Below are positions 1 to 13,270 of a DNA stretch of 64,000 bases, in pieces; positions within the stretch are counted from its first letter, which is position 1, and each line of letters opens with the position of its first letter. Made by a program: the position numbers and the translations under genes. Origin of the DNA: Camelus dromedarius (Eukaryota); contig NC_087436.1 in the NCBI RefSeq assembly GCF_036321535.1, forward strand, positions 73,534,001-73,598,000. The letters are read 5' to 3'. The notes beneath the pieces were generated by a model. The model ran no database searches and had not been told where the DNA came from. It saw only the letters and a program-made list of their open reading frames with translations.

Positions 1-62
1 GTTTGAATCCAGGACCTTGTGCATGCTAAACTTGCACTCCACCTCTGAGCTATACCCTCCCC
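1..62 (-). mobile_element. Camelid tRNA-Ala-derived SINE (vic-1-like), cut by window edge
   Basis: reverse complement GGGGAGGGTATAGCTCAGAGGTGGAGTGCAAGTTTAGCATGCACAAGGTCCTGGATTCAAAC: A/B-box tRNA-like head; similar copies at 17.1, 21.3 and 28.6 kb. Confidence 0.85.
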
Positions 63-1037
63 TCCATTCCTCTTCTTTTTACACATTTATCTCTTATTAT
101 TTATTCTGCTCTGTCTGTTTTTGTCTATTGCAGATACCATAGAAAAGGCATGCTTATATTTTTATACCTCAGGCAGAAATGCCATAAGCATTCTTTGTAT
201 AAAAAGTTAGTCACCTTTATTTTGAAAACTTTTGTAGTATTAGACCTTGAGATGCCAGCATTTGTGATAGGTTATTTGGTAGACAAGTTTCCTTATGATG
301 CCTTGCTTAAATGGGTGTGCTTTTGGAAAGCATTTTTCTTTACTTAAAGAAAGCATGGAGAATAAATGAAGCAGTATGTTATTACCTTGGCTGACTTATT
401 GGTAATTGTAACGGAAATAGATTGTGTTAGGTTTATGGATTTATCTGCAAAGAGACTAGTATTTGACTTGGTAATGGTCCTACTTTTTTATTTCTTTTCT
501 AGATTATAATAATTTAGATCATCTGAAGATAAGACTGGCTTTTGCTTTGTTTGGTAAAATCTTCTCAGTTATAGATTTCAATTTAAAGCAAATTTGTGGC
601 TCTTTCTTGAATTCTAAAACAGTCATTTTTTAATTCCATTAAATCAATATAAATGAATTGACTGTTAGTTAACATGAATTATTTTAGTCCTATAGTTATG
701 GTTGAGGAAGTTTTCTCCAAAGAAGGTATAACTATGTTTTAAGCCTCAAGAAGGCAAAGTTACATCATCAAGTAAGTTGGCATTGGGTGGTTGATAAATA
801 TTAGTTGAATAAAGGATTGAATGGTTGAATTCAGTTTTTTAAAATTGGCATTACTGACTCATTTTTGCATCTCAGTTAAATAGTGAAAAACTAAAAAATA
901 TATATATGCATATGTATATATATAGTGGATTTCTACTAGGAATTGTGAGAAAATACTGCAAACTACATTATGTCTGTGTGCTTTAAATGTACATTCAGCA
1001 TCCTAGTTTTATGCCACCTTTTTTTCTCCCTTCATGG

Positions 1038-1250
1038 TTTTTTTTTTAACTTTTTTTTATTGAGTTATAGTCATTTTACAATGTTGTGTCAAATTCCAGT
1101 GTAGAGCACAATTTTTCAGTTATACATGAACATACATACATTCATTGTCACATTCTCTTTTGCTTTGAGCCACCACAAGATCCTATATATATTTCCCTGT
1201 GCTACACAGTACAATCTTGTTTATCTATTCTGCATTTTGAAATCCCAGTC
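1038..1250 (-). mobile_element. 5'-truncated young L1 3' end
   Basis: T-tail followed by attgagttatagtcattttacaatgttgtgtcaaattccagtgt, the same 3'-end motif as at 26359-26390 and, inverted, 54477-54520. Confidence 0.75.
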
Positions 1251-3420
1251 CCTTACTTTGTGGTTTTTTATTTTCACATTCCTCATCTCACTTTTTTCTT
1301 TCCTAGTCACTCCTGTTTCATTTGCTTCTTTTTTGGTCTCCTTTGTGTATCATTGAATGAAAATAAATGGCACCATTGGTAAGCAAGATAAACATTAAAT
1401 TCAGGTTACTAGGTTGTAATTCTGATTATGCCCAATTTACAGGTTATTAGTGGGGTTTTTTTTGTCCTTTTCATATTTTCTGAATAAGTAGAATTATTAA
1501 TCTCACATGGCAATTATTGAAGAGAAGAGTCCTGATATGTAATCACCTGCATGAGCTACAAGATGTTATACATATTATTTTACTTAATTAGCCTTTTTAT
1601 TTTCTTTATTACAAAATGGCAAATAATACTAGTAAAGTTTTTTTTGTTTTTGTGTCTTGTTTTGTGTTTTTTTTTTTTTAATAATACTAGTAAAGTTTAA
1701 GTTTTCTTTGATTATAGTCTCCAATTTCATTTCTCTTTCTGGAAATAACCACTATTCTTAGTTCGGTATAATTCCTTCCAGACCTTTATGAATAATCACG
1801 CAATGTAGAATTATTTGTATAAACATATTTATATCTTTTTTTAAATAAATGATGCAGTGTTTATAGTGTTCTACAGCCTACCTTTTTCATTGATTGATAG
1901 TCTTGGAGATCTTTGCATGTTAAAACATAGAGCTACTTTATTAGAAATTATTTTAAAAACCACATTTTTAGTTGCTTTTCTTAATTGTGCTCTCTTCTAA
2001 TAGACTATAAAAGCATATTGATAACAGAGTCTGAATAAACATCTTTCAACTCTGAAATACTGTCCTTTTTCCTTCTGACAATAACATCCTCATTCATTCT
2101 GCTTCTCTACTTTTCTGCTTGCTTCATTCTTATTACCCATTACCTGCACTTCAGTCTGTATCCAGTGAGTGCTTAATTTTTGACCTTCACGTACCAAAAG
2201 TAGAAGTTGCAAATGTACTCAATCTTGATTTCAAGCCTGAATTATTTGGGGTTGTAGGGATATTACTATCTAGCTTACTTATCAAATTTTTCACTCAGTA
2301 GCAAATTAAAATCTGCTAAATTTGAATGGTCTATTAGAAACATATATGATGAAAATGACAGCCAAAATCCTGATAGGCTAGAAGGCTAATACAAAGTAGT
2401 CATAAGAAGTTTGGCAATAATAAAATTTGTTAACATTTATAGGTGCCAGGTACTATGCAAAGACTTTTATGTTATTTTAGTTAAACATCTAAAGCATCCC
2501 TATATCTGATATTGGAGAGGACTTAGGTTTAAATGCTATAAAAGCGTATAATTATGTTCTTTGTTTAAAAAGACAGAGAAACTTGTAGTTAGTCTTAGAT
2601 TGCCATCAGAAATCACTAAAATGAAAAAGACCATCTTGGTGCTTGACAGAAAGTATCTGAAATAGCTTCATTATGGTTTGAGATAAGTAAGTTGTTCTTA
2701 TATTCATTTTTGACTCTTACTGGTTGCAGTATGATTGACTGATCTGAGTTTAATTGTCTTAAGTCACAGAGAAAGTTCTGATTAAAATCCCCAATTGAGA
2801 ATAATATGTACTTGCCGCTGTAACCCAAGTTTAATAGATAAAAAGCATGTTTATAGTCTTAAAAATAGTCGATAATATTTATCCAAACTCAGGGATGAAT
2901 GGATTTTATTTCTCTATGTATAAATAGTACACTTTAAAGTAATGACTAATTTTTAAGTTACATTTTACAGCCTTCTAAAAAAAACTGATTTCCTTATTAA
3001 TCAGAGCCTATTGAAGAGATATATAATTTGAACTCATTAGAAAATAATCTAGTTTTAGCTAACAGTTTAATCTTACATATTGCTGTTTTTCTCCACATTA
3101 TTTTAGATCTTATCATTTCCAGAAATAACAAGCATTTAAGATTATTGTAAAAGGAAAGTTTTCACATTTTAGAATCTCCCTTATTTTAATAGAAGAAATA
3201 TATATGTATGTGTACAGTGGAAAATTAGTTTTAATTCATAACTGTGTAAAATTAAAAAACTCAAATTAGACCAGTTTTCTTATTCTAAATAAGAAAACTT
3301 CATTCTGAAATGCTATTTTCTATGCTTGGCATTCCTTCCCAATATTGTCTGAGGAACTACTCATCCTTTAGTTATTGACTCTAGAGTGGCATCGTTTAAA
3401 TACCATTCTTAAACAGTATC

Positions 3421-3783
3421 TGTCTTAGTCTGTTTGGGCTGCTGTAACAAAAATGTAATAGGCTAGTTGGCTTAAACAACAAACATATTTCCCATAGTTC
3501 TGGAGGCTGGGAAATCCAAGATCAAGGTGCTGGCACATTCTTTGTCTAGTGAGGGTCTGCTTCCTAGTTCATAGACCGCCACCTTCTCCAGTGTCTTCAT
3601 GTGGCAGAAAGCTTGAAGGAGTTCTCTGGGGTCTCTTACATAAGAGTGCTAATTCCATTCATGAGGGCACCACCCTCATGACCTAATCACATCCCCAAAG
3701 CCCCACCTCCTAATACCATCACATTGGGGATTAGGCTTTCAACATAGGCATTTTGCAGGAAAGTAAACATTCAGTCTGTAGCA
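3421..3783 (-). mobile_element. MaLR solo LTR (MLT1A-like)
   Basis: TGTCTTAGTC...CATTCAGTCTGTAGCA termini, typical tggaggctgggaaatccaagatcaaggtg core, 5-bp near-TSD gtatc/gtttc. Confidence 0.85.
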
Positions 3784-4557
3784 GTTTCACTTTCAGATAG
3801 AATTGATTTATTTTTGTGCACCTGCTTTACAAGTACTAACTTAGATACTTTTAATTTGTTATACTTTATTTACACAACTGTCTTCCTGTTCATGTTCTTC
3901 GTGGTCGAGACCGTATCTTATTACGGTTAGCACGAGAACAAATACATGTGTTCTCAGTGTGTGATTATTGATTGAGTAATGACTGTGCATTCTAATCTAA
4001 AAAAATTGAATTTTACCTTATAGGCAACAGGGAGCCAATTGAGGATTTTTTATTATGGTAGTTTATTTTTATCAATTACAAGTTGACTTCATGTTATTTT
4101 GATCAGTAGAGTGAAGATAGCATCTCTAAAAGATGAATTTATTCAGTCATGAAAATACCCCAGAAATTCCAGTACCATTTCACTTTATTCCATTACTGCT
4201 CTTTTTCTGTTTATAAAGGTAATACTTGTTCATTATCAGAATTCAAACATCAGAAATAATGTAGAAAATGAATATTTTCAGCAACCACTAAAAGACAGTA
4301 TGGTGCATAGTCTTAATTTTTTTCTATACATGTTCACTTAGTTTATTAATGATACAGTTTTAAACCAAAATGAGTTCATACTAAATACTATTAACAGTTT
4401 TCTTTTTTCACTTAATGTATCTTAGATGTCTTTTCATGTCAGTGCATTGGATCTGCTTCATTCATTTGAGTAACTGCATAGTGTATATATACCATATGTT
4501 AGTTAATTGTTTTCTGATTGATGAATGAACCTTTAGATTCTCCTCCTTTTTTCCCCA

Positions 4558-4688
4558 ATAAACAGCATAAATTTATTGCTCACAGTTCTGGAGGCTGGAA
4601 GTCTGAGATCAAGGTGCCAGCATGGTTTGGTGAGGGCCCTCTTCTGGGTCACAGATTTCTTATTTAATATATTCTTATGTGGCAGAAG
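4558..4688 (-). mobile_element. MaLR LTR fragment (MLT1A-like) within old L1 sequence
   Basis: cacagttctggaggctggaagtctgagatcaaggtgccagcatgg, homologous to 3490-3540. Confidence 0.7.
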
Positions 4689-7384
4689 CTAGGTTTATTT
4701 TTTAGCCGTTAAAAATATTGCTACAGAGAACATTCTACTATATAACATTGTGTAGTTGTGGGCATGTTTTTAAAGGATAAATTTCGAGAAGTAAGAATGC
4801 CTAGCAGAAAGGGTATGAATATTTTAAGTTGTAATAGCTTTTGTCAAACTGCCACTTTTTTAGGTTATTTTCCTTTTGATAGAATATAAACAAGTTTATT
4901 AATCTGTATCTTTGTCTGTCCTGTAGAGTTCTATTTTAAAATTCATTTTATTAAAGTATATAGAAAAGTGTGCATGTCATGTATGTAAACCTCACAACCT
5001 GAACACACCCAGCACCCAAATCAAGGAACAGAATATTACTAGCACCCTGGAAGTTCTTTTGTGCTTACTCCATCACTGTTTGCCCCATGAGTAAGCACCA
5101 TCCTGACTCCTAATAGTGTAGATTAGTTTTGCTTGGTGTTGTTGTTTATAAAAATGGAATCATATAGTATATAGCACTATTGCTTTAATTTTTGTGAGTC
5201 TGAAAAATTGAAAATAACATCATTGCTATTCTAACTTACGTTTATCTCCATAATGACTAAGATTATTATATTTGTGTATATCTCAAAAGTTTTTTTTTTA
5301 AATTAAGGCTCAAATGTTTGCATGTTAGAACACAAAAAATTGAAAGTGAAAACAAAGCAAACCCCCAAATTGTAGGATTATGATCATTTTCCTCCAATAT
5401 TCCTAAAGCTAAGTGTCTCCACCAGCATCAAATAGCTTTCACGTTTCCACATTCAACAAATAATGATTAAAGAGCTTCAAAACATGGAAGTTCTTATTCT
5501 GATACAAGTCTCTCTATTCACCAAAGATGGGGCTGACCCTAGAGTTCAAACCTCATAGGATACTGGCACTAAGTATTCTAAGCAAGATGGGAATCTCAGA
5601 TCTGGAACCAGTACTTGAGGTCTAGGGCTAGGAAAAAGCAGAAAATGCCTTCCTGGTCGTAATAACAACTCTAAACTACTTAGAAAAAAAATTAACAAAA
5701 GATATAGAAGACCCAAATAGAATAAATTATAATCATTCTTAGGAAACCTATTTTTGCCCTAAAATTCTTTAAGCTGAGAGTACTGAGGCTCATGTTTTTA
5801 AGAGATAACTACATAGTTTTTCATGGTTAAGAAAAAAATTATAAAGTATCAACCAGTTATTTAATAAAGAGAAATTTTTATTTCCATTTTGGAAAGTCAG
5901 TATAATTATGATGAAGAAAGTGCAGTTCAAGATAGAAATAATTTTTAAATGTGAGCAGTTAGAATGAATAAAAACAAAGTCAAGCTAGGCTTGGTTAACA
6001 TACTGCATCTACAGTATGAAGAAATGCAAATCAGGATAGTAAAAACTTAGAAATCCTGCAGTGCAGAAACCTATTTAATTTTGTGTAACCTTGTGTTTCC
6101 CACTGGTTCTGTGATCATAGAAAGTCTATTAATATCTTCTGGGACGCTAGAAATCTGCAGAACATAGTTTGGAAAACACAAAAAATATTTATACACCATT
6201 AATTCCAACACATAGGGTGCAAAAGTTTGTGGTATGCCAAAATCTTATTTATAGAATCTTAATTAGAGCTGTCACTAAAGAATGAATAATAACATAATAA
6301 AACAGTAACTATTAGAGCTATAAAAGGACCTGAATATAGTAGTAGTAAAAACTGTTCTTTATCAGGTGTTTTCCAGGCATTTTCATTCTGTGGCTAATCT
6401 TTTTTTATTCTCTTAACAGTGTCTTTTGAAGAACAAGAATGATGAAGTACAAATTATGTTTTTCTGTTATGGATTGTACTCTTAGTATGTGTCTGAGAAA
6501 ACTTTGCCTAATTTAAGGTCACAAAGATTTTCTCCAGTGCTTTCTTCTGGAAGTTTTAGAATTTTAAATTACCCAGTTCTTTTTTAATGCAAATTTGCGT
6601 ATACACAGTTTGGTGCTTTTGCTACAGAAGGCTCACAATTTGCATAGTTTTACAACTTGCTCTTTTTTCCCCCACTATTTATTAAATCACACTGTTTTCA
6701 TGTCAGTACAGTTAATTCTTTTGAGTAGCTGCATAGTAGCCCACTGAAGAATGTACCACAGTTTATTTAGTTTTTCTTCTTTTGATGGACAGTTTCCAGT
6801 TTTTTCCTATTGTCAGTAATCCTCCATGGTTTATTTTAAATTCAGTTCTAATCTTAATTCCTGCAAAATTTATTAAAAGCTTTTATAATAGCGTTTGATC
6901 TTTCTAGATTTTGAGGCACACTTAAAACTTTAAATTTTTGGTAAATAGTTCTGACTTTTCTTGTTCAAATATATAGTGGAAGTGTCAGGGTGAAGTTATG
7001 ATGTAAGCAATCATTATTTTAAGAAATTTATTAACTTCTCATTTTCTACCATAATCCTAATGGATAATGCACCCCTCATGGTTCAAAAAGTTATAATAAG
7101 TTTGTTTAGAAAGCTCTGGTTCTAATTTCTCAAACTCAGTTTATATGACTGACTTTATTTGACTGCTCTTCCACACTTTTTTTCAAGTCTCTCTGAAAAA
7201 TCTGTTTGATCTCTGTAATGAGATTATAATATTACCTAAATACATATTTAGATTTGTGAAATACTGTTTCTATGACATCACATTTGTTGATTTTATTTCT
7301 CAAAATTAATAGTATAAATTTGGGGGGAAACTTTCTTTTTTGTTCCTTTTATTCTGTTAATAATATTTCATTTTTCCATAACAG

Positions 7385-7471
7385 ATTCAAAAGCTTTGTG
7401 ACAGAGTAGCTTCATCTACTTTACTGGATGATCGAAGAAATGCTGTGCGTGCTCTCAAATCATTATCTAAG
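7385..7471 (+). CDS. USO1: USO1 exon 2 (IQKLCDRVASSTLLDDRRNAVRALKSLSK)
   Basis: acag|ATT...AAG|gtctgt; 87 nt, phase 0-0. Confidence 0.97.
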
Positions 7472-7548
7472 GTCTGTAACACTTTATCAGTTATTAAGTT
7501 CATTAAGATGGATATTAGTTACTTAAATAATATTTTTCTTTTGTGCAG

Positions 7549-7613
7549 AAATATCGCTTGGAAGTGGGTATTCAAGCTATGGAACATCTTATCCATGTTT
7601 TACAAACAGATTG
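7549..7613 (+). CDS. USO1: USO1 exon 3 (KYRLEVGIQAMEHLIHVLQTD + TG)
   Basis: tgcag|AAA...TG|gtatgt; 65 nt, phase 0-2; preceded by a 77-nt intron. Confidence 0.97.
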
Positions 7614-8518
7614 GTATGTCTCTAATGATTTTTCTCCCTAATTTTTCTTGAAATTTTAATTAATTTGTTTTAGAGTAACTATTCCAGAAATGATAGACAT
7701 ATTAAGGCTATTAAGTTTTTACTTTCAGTTGTCATTTCAATAGTTATTGGACACTTGGTGCAAATTGTTGTGCCAAACATTAGGACAGACAATTTCAATC
7801 CCCAGGGGCTGAGAGTTTTCTGTTATATAAAAGTGGAATTAAGTAACTACTAATTAAAGGCATAAAATTGGGAGTTTGAACTGGGCAAAAAGACTTGTTG
7901 ATTTTCACTTAGATATACTACAATGTACTGTCCTCTAATGTAATATGAGTATTATGTTATATCAGTTATCCAGACTTTTTGGCGGATTTTTTTAAATAAA
8001 TAAACTATATAATAGAGTGAAGTGTTACATCTGAACATGTATTAAGAGAAAGATCACTCTGCCTATTTTTAGTTCTTTCAGTTTCTCTTTAAGAGATTAT
8101 ATATGCATCTTTGATTTTAACTGACAACTGTGCATGAATAACTTTCAAATCTTACCTCTAGTTAGATGTATCTTACAAGCTTTAACTGCTCAGTGGACAT
8201 TTTCACCATATCAAGATCTCTCACAAGTATCTTAAATTCAGAGTGTTCAAAAGTTGATTTATCTCCGATTGTCCAACCCTTACTCTGCTTGCCCCTGCCA
8301 TTCCCTTTAACTGCCTTTTGACCCAGATTCTTGCCAGTTGATAGCACCTTTCCAGTCAAGCAAGAAACTAGAGAATTTGTACTGAACTCATCTCTCTCCC
8401 TAACCTGTTATGCCATCCAGGCCAAAAAACAGCTGGAATCCATGAATTCTCTTGGTTTCCATTGTTGGTATTAGTTCTGGCTCTCAATATCAATCACATA
8501 AACTATTTTCATAGCCTC

Positions 8519-9035
8519 TATATTAGTTATCTATTGCTACATAACAAATTACCTTAAAGTTTACTGGCTGAAAAGAATATTTACTATGTCCCAGTTTCTG
8601 TGGATCAGGATTTCAGAAGTAGCTTAGCTAGGTAGTTCTGGCTTAGGGTCTCTCATAAGGTTGTATTCAAGATGTCAGCCAGGACTACAGTCATCTGAAG
8701 GCTTGCCTAGGGCTGGAGAATATCATTCCAAGATGGCTCACTCACATTGCTGTTGGCAAGATGCCTGCCTCACCTTGTTGCTCTAAAGAATTGCTTGAGT
8801 ATCCTCATGATGCGGCAGCTGGCTTCTCCCAGAGCAAGTGATCCTAGAGAGAGAACAAAGAGAAGCCACAGTGCCTTTTAGGACATAGTCTCAGAAGTCA
8901 CATATCATCAATCCCATCACATTCTATTTTACTAGAAGCAAGTTAATAAATATAGCCTACACTTGAGGAAAATTAGATTCCACGTTTCGAAGAGAGCTGT
9001 ATCAAAGAGTTTTTTGACATGTTTTAAAACCACCA
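8519..9035 (-). mobile_element. MaLR LTR (MLT1F/G-like) interrupting an L2 remnant
   Basis: tattagttatctattgctacataacaaattacc ... ttttaaaaccacca termini typical of older MLT1 LTRs. Confidence 0.7.
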
Positions 9036-9382
9036 CCACCTCCAAACCATATTCTTTGCCTCTGATCTCTTTGGCCTTCCATTCAGGGTATGCATTTCAA
9101 GAATAATCTGTCTGAAATGTAAATCTATCACTCACCTATTTAATGCCTTTCACCAGCTCAGTGCAGTGTGAAGTCCAAGTTCTTCAAACAGAGCAAAACA
9201 TATAAGCTTTTTTTTATGCTCATAACCTCTTTTTAATTTTATTTCAGCAATGCCCAACTGCTTATTCATACCAGTTAAAGCCTTTCCTAACATCCTCAGA
9301 CAGTGTAACTCACAATGGCTACCTTTCATAGCCAAATAATTCTAATGCATTTGAATAAATCCATCAATGCAGAGTAAGCAGC

Positions 9383-9720
9383 TGTAGCAGGAAGAATAAT
9401 GGTCCTCCAAAGATGTTCATACCCTATCAGCATAACCTATGAATGTTACCTTAGATGGCAGAAGGGACTTCGGAGATGTGATTAAGTTATGGACTTTGAG
9501 ATAGGGAGATTATGTTGGATTAAGCAGGTGGGCCCAATGTAATCCTAAAGTTTCTTAAAAGTGGAAGAGGAATGCCGAAGAGGAGATCAGAATGAAGTTA
9601 TATGAGAAGGTCTCCTTCTGTCTTTACTTTCTTTAATGATGAAGAAAGGGTGCCTCTAGAACTGGAAAAGGCAAGGAAATGAGTTCTCGCCTAAGGCCAT
9701 CAGAAAAGAAGGCAGCCTCT
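9383..9720 (+). mobile_element. MaLR LTR fragment (MLT1D-like)
   Basis: tgtagcaggaagaataatggtcctccaaagatg...gggacttcggagatgtgattaag...gggcccaatgtaatc. Confidence 0.75.
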
Positions 9721-10204
9721 TATGTAAAGTGTGTATCATATAGCCTTCTGAATGTGTGAATTAATAATTGATCACATTAGAGGCTGATGGGTGTTTTATT
9801 ATGCCTCTTAGGCAACAGAGCCAAACTCTTGTGTTTCATTCCTTTTCTTGTGCTGAATTCCCTTTCCACTTGCCTCCAATGCTTATCTGTTGTCTCCTGT
9901 TTTCAGAATGCTCTGTGAGTGTTGTCTTAACTTCATGGATTGCAGAGGTCTATATTCTGCAGCCATCTTTTGCCACTTTTGATCTTCGTTACTTGTTTTG
10001 CTTTTGTTCTTGGCCTCTCAGAATCCTTCAAGCATCACAGAGCTGTGTTCCCTTACTTGTCATAGCTTGAAACTTCCCATCTGTGCATGAGTCTGCTTCT
10101 CTTATAGCCATCTTGAGCAGAGACTGCTTATTCTCCCAAGTCCCACACTCAGGGCCGGAAAGTTGTCTGTTTCTCACTGATGTTTCCAAACTATGACACC
10201 TTGA

Positions 10205-12290
10205 TAGTTTTTTTTTTAGCTGTACATTTTCCTGGTTTTAGTATATTCATGATGTTGTGCAGTTATCACCACTAATTCCAAAACATTTTCATCACTTCAG
10301 AAGAAATTGCGTATCCATTAGTTGTCATTGTCTATTCTCTCCTCCCCCCTAGTGCCTAGCAATCACTAATCTACTGTCTGTCTATATGGATTTGACTATT
10401 TTGGATGCTTCATATAAATGAAATCATACAATGTGCAGCTTTTGTGTCTGGTTTCTTTCACTTAGCATAATATTTCAGGGTCCATCCATGTTATAGCATG
10501 TATTAGTATTTCATTCCTTTTTATGGCTGAATAATATTCCATTGTGTGGATAGGTCATATTTGTTTATCCAGTCATCTGTTGACAGACATTTGAGATATT
10601 TTCATTTATTGGCTGTTATGAATAATGCTACTATGAATATTTGTGTACTGGTTTTTGTGTAAACATGTTTTATACAAGAGAATTCAGTTGTTGGGTCATG
10701 TGGTAACTCTGTGTTTAATTTTTTGAGGAATTACCTAACACTTCCATGGTGGCTGCACCATTTCATATCTTATCTGCAGTGTATAAAGGTTCAATTTCTC
10801 CTCACCAACACTTGTTATTGTCCCCTTTTTTTTTGTATGGCCATCCTAGTGAGTGTAACTTGGCATCTCATTGTGGTTTTGATTTGCATTTACCTAATGA
10901 CTAGTGATACTGAGCATCTTTCCACGTGTTTTTTGACCATTTGTGTATGTTTTAGAGAAATGTCTAAGTCCTTTGCTTTTAATTGGGTTACTTGTCTTTT
11001 TATTGTTGAATTGTGTGTATATTCTGGATACAAGTCCCTTAACAGACATGGTTTGCAAATTTTTTCCCCCATTCTTTGGGTTGTCTTTTCACTTTCTTGA
11101 TAGTGTCCTTTGATACACAAAAGTTTTTAATTTTGACAAAATCCAGTTTATCTGTTTTATCTTTTCTTGCATATGCTTTTGATGTCATAGCTAAGAAACC
11201 ATTGCCTAATCCGAGGCTTTAAGGATTTATGGCAGTGTTTTCTTCCTAGAGTTTTATACTTTTAGCTCTTACATTTAGGTCTTATATCTCATTTTGAGTT
11301 TATTTTCGTATATGATGTGAGGTAGGGATCTAACTTCATTTTTTGGCATATATGTATATAGTTGTCCTAGAACCATTTGTTCAAGAGACTGTTCTTTCCT
11401 CATTGAATGGTCTTTGCATCCTTGCCAAAAATCAATTGAACTAAATGTTAGGCTTTATTTTTAGACTCTGCTCTGTTGATCTATATGTCTATCCTTATAT
11501 CAGTGCCATAATCTTGATTACTGTAATTTTGTAGAAAGTTTTGAAGTTGGAAGATATGAGTGCTTCAACCTTGTTCTTCTTTTTGAAGATTGTTTTGGCT
11601 ATCCTGCATTCCCATACAGTTGTTATGATCAGTTTGTCAATTTCTGCAACAATGGCACCTGGGATTTTTATAGGGATTGTGTAACTATAAACTAAGTTGG
11701 GGTATGTTACCATGTTAGCGACATTACATCTTCCTGTTCATGAACACAAAAGTCTTTTCATTTTTTTGAGCTCTAGATAATTTCTTTCAACAGCGTTTTA
11801 TAGTTTTCAGTGTATGAGTCTTGTAATTGAGTAAAATTTATTCCAAAATATCTTAATCTTTTTATGTTATTCAAGTGGAATTGTTTTCTTAATTTCATTT
11901 TCTGATTGTTCATTGCTAGTATATAGAAGTACAATTGATTTTTTTTTATATTAAGCATCTGTCCTTCAACTTTGCTGAATTTGTTTACTACTTCTAGTAG
12001 TTTTTTAATGAATTCCTTAGGATTTTCTATGTACAAGATCATATTTTCTGTGAATAGGTGTAGTTTTAGTTCTTCCTTTCCAATCTGTATGCCTTTTATT
12101 TCCTTTTCTTGCCTAACTGCTCTCGCTGGAACCTCCAGCTCTGTTGAAAAGAAGTGGCTAGATCAAGAACCATTATCTTGTTCTTGATCGTAGGGGTAAA
12201 GCATTTAGTTTTTCACCATAACATATGATGTTGTGGGATTTTCATTTTGAGGAAGTTCCCTTCTATTCCTGCTTTCTCGATAGTTTCTTA
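10205..12290 (-). mobile_element. L1 (L1MB-like) 3'UTR plus ORF2 3' remnant
   Basis: minus-strand ORF fragments resembling ORF2p (MILYIENPKEFIKKLLEVVNKFSKV; SLVIR) and a typical L1M 3'UTR. Confidence 0.85.
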
Positions 12291-13193
12291 AAAAGATGTC
12301 CCTCAAAATTTCTCAAAAACAAGATAAAGTAATAATAATGTTAAAAACCCACTTCATTTGAGAGTTACATCCTCTGGTTGTGACCCCATCTGTCCCTCAT
12401 CTTTGCTTTTGCTCCCGATCACTTCTTCATATTCATTAAATCTTTGTGACCTGTATCTCACTTTGCTTTCCACTCTAAATACCATTATCATCCATTATGC
12501 TTTCAAAATTTGTCTGTTTATCAACGACTAAAAATCTTATACTTCCAGACATTATAAACAGTTCATGTTTACCATAGGATTTTTTTTTAAAAATAAAATA
12601 TTTATCAAGGAAACAAATTCTAGTAGTCCAACTAGAGATAATACTGTTATGTTTATATAAACAATATTACAAAACATATATAAACAAACACACAGACTTA
12701 CAAATTACCTGGGTTGTACTAATTTTACTGTGTAAAGTTGGGTTTATTTTACAAATTTATTTTTAAGGTTTTCTAAAATATATGTAGACACACATGAATG
12801 TATCTTTATCTTTATTTTTTGCTAAATAGGATCATTTTGTACCTTAATTGTTATACTTAATTTTTTCCTACTGGCATTAAATCAAGGGTGTTTTAATTAC
12901 CATGTCATTAAACATTCTTTGAAAAGACATTTTTTAATCATTGCTATATGTATGGATTTACCACATCTTTAAAAAAGTATTGGACATTTAGGTTGCTTTT
13001 AATTTTTCATGATTATAAGTAAAACTGAACCTTTATACATCTTTATAATTTGCACTCTGATATTTTGTTGGGGTAGGTTTTTAGAAATGGGATTAATGTT
13101 TTATACAATCTTGCTAAATAAGAGTCTAAAATAGTCATAACAAGTATAATCTAACTAGCAGTGTATAAATATAATAATTTTTGTTTCTTCCAG

Positions 13194-13270
13194 TTCGGAT
13201 TCTGAAATAATAGGTTATGCTTTGGACACGCTATATAATATTATATCTAATGATGAAGAAGAAGAAGTAG
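13194..13270 (+). CDS. USO1: USO1 exon 4 (SDSEIIGYALDTLYNIISNDEEEEV)
   Basis: ttccag|T TCG...GTA G|gtaagt; 77 nt, phase 2-1. Confidence 0.97.

Noticed and set aside
1..62. tRNA-Ala gene
   Set aside because: Degenerate cloverleaf; sibling copies have A-tails and TSDs, so these are SINEs.
5290..6350. Possible processed-transcript insertion starting at a T-run within L1 remnants
   Set aside because: No TSD, no suitably placed minus-strand poly(A) signal and no recognisable ORF.
7445..7651. ORF reading through the 77-nt intron 2 as a separate product
   Set aside because: Exon 2 frame plus retained intron plus out-of-frame exon 3; 77 nt is not a multiple of 3, so retention gives a premature stop.
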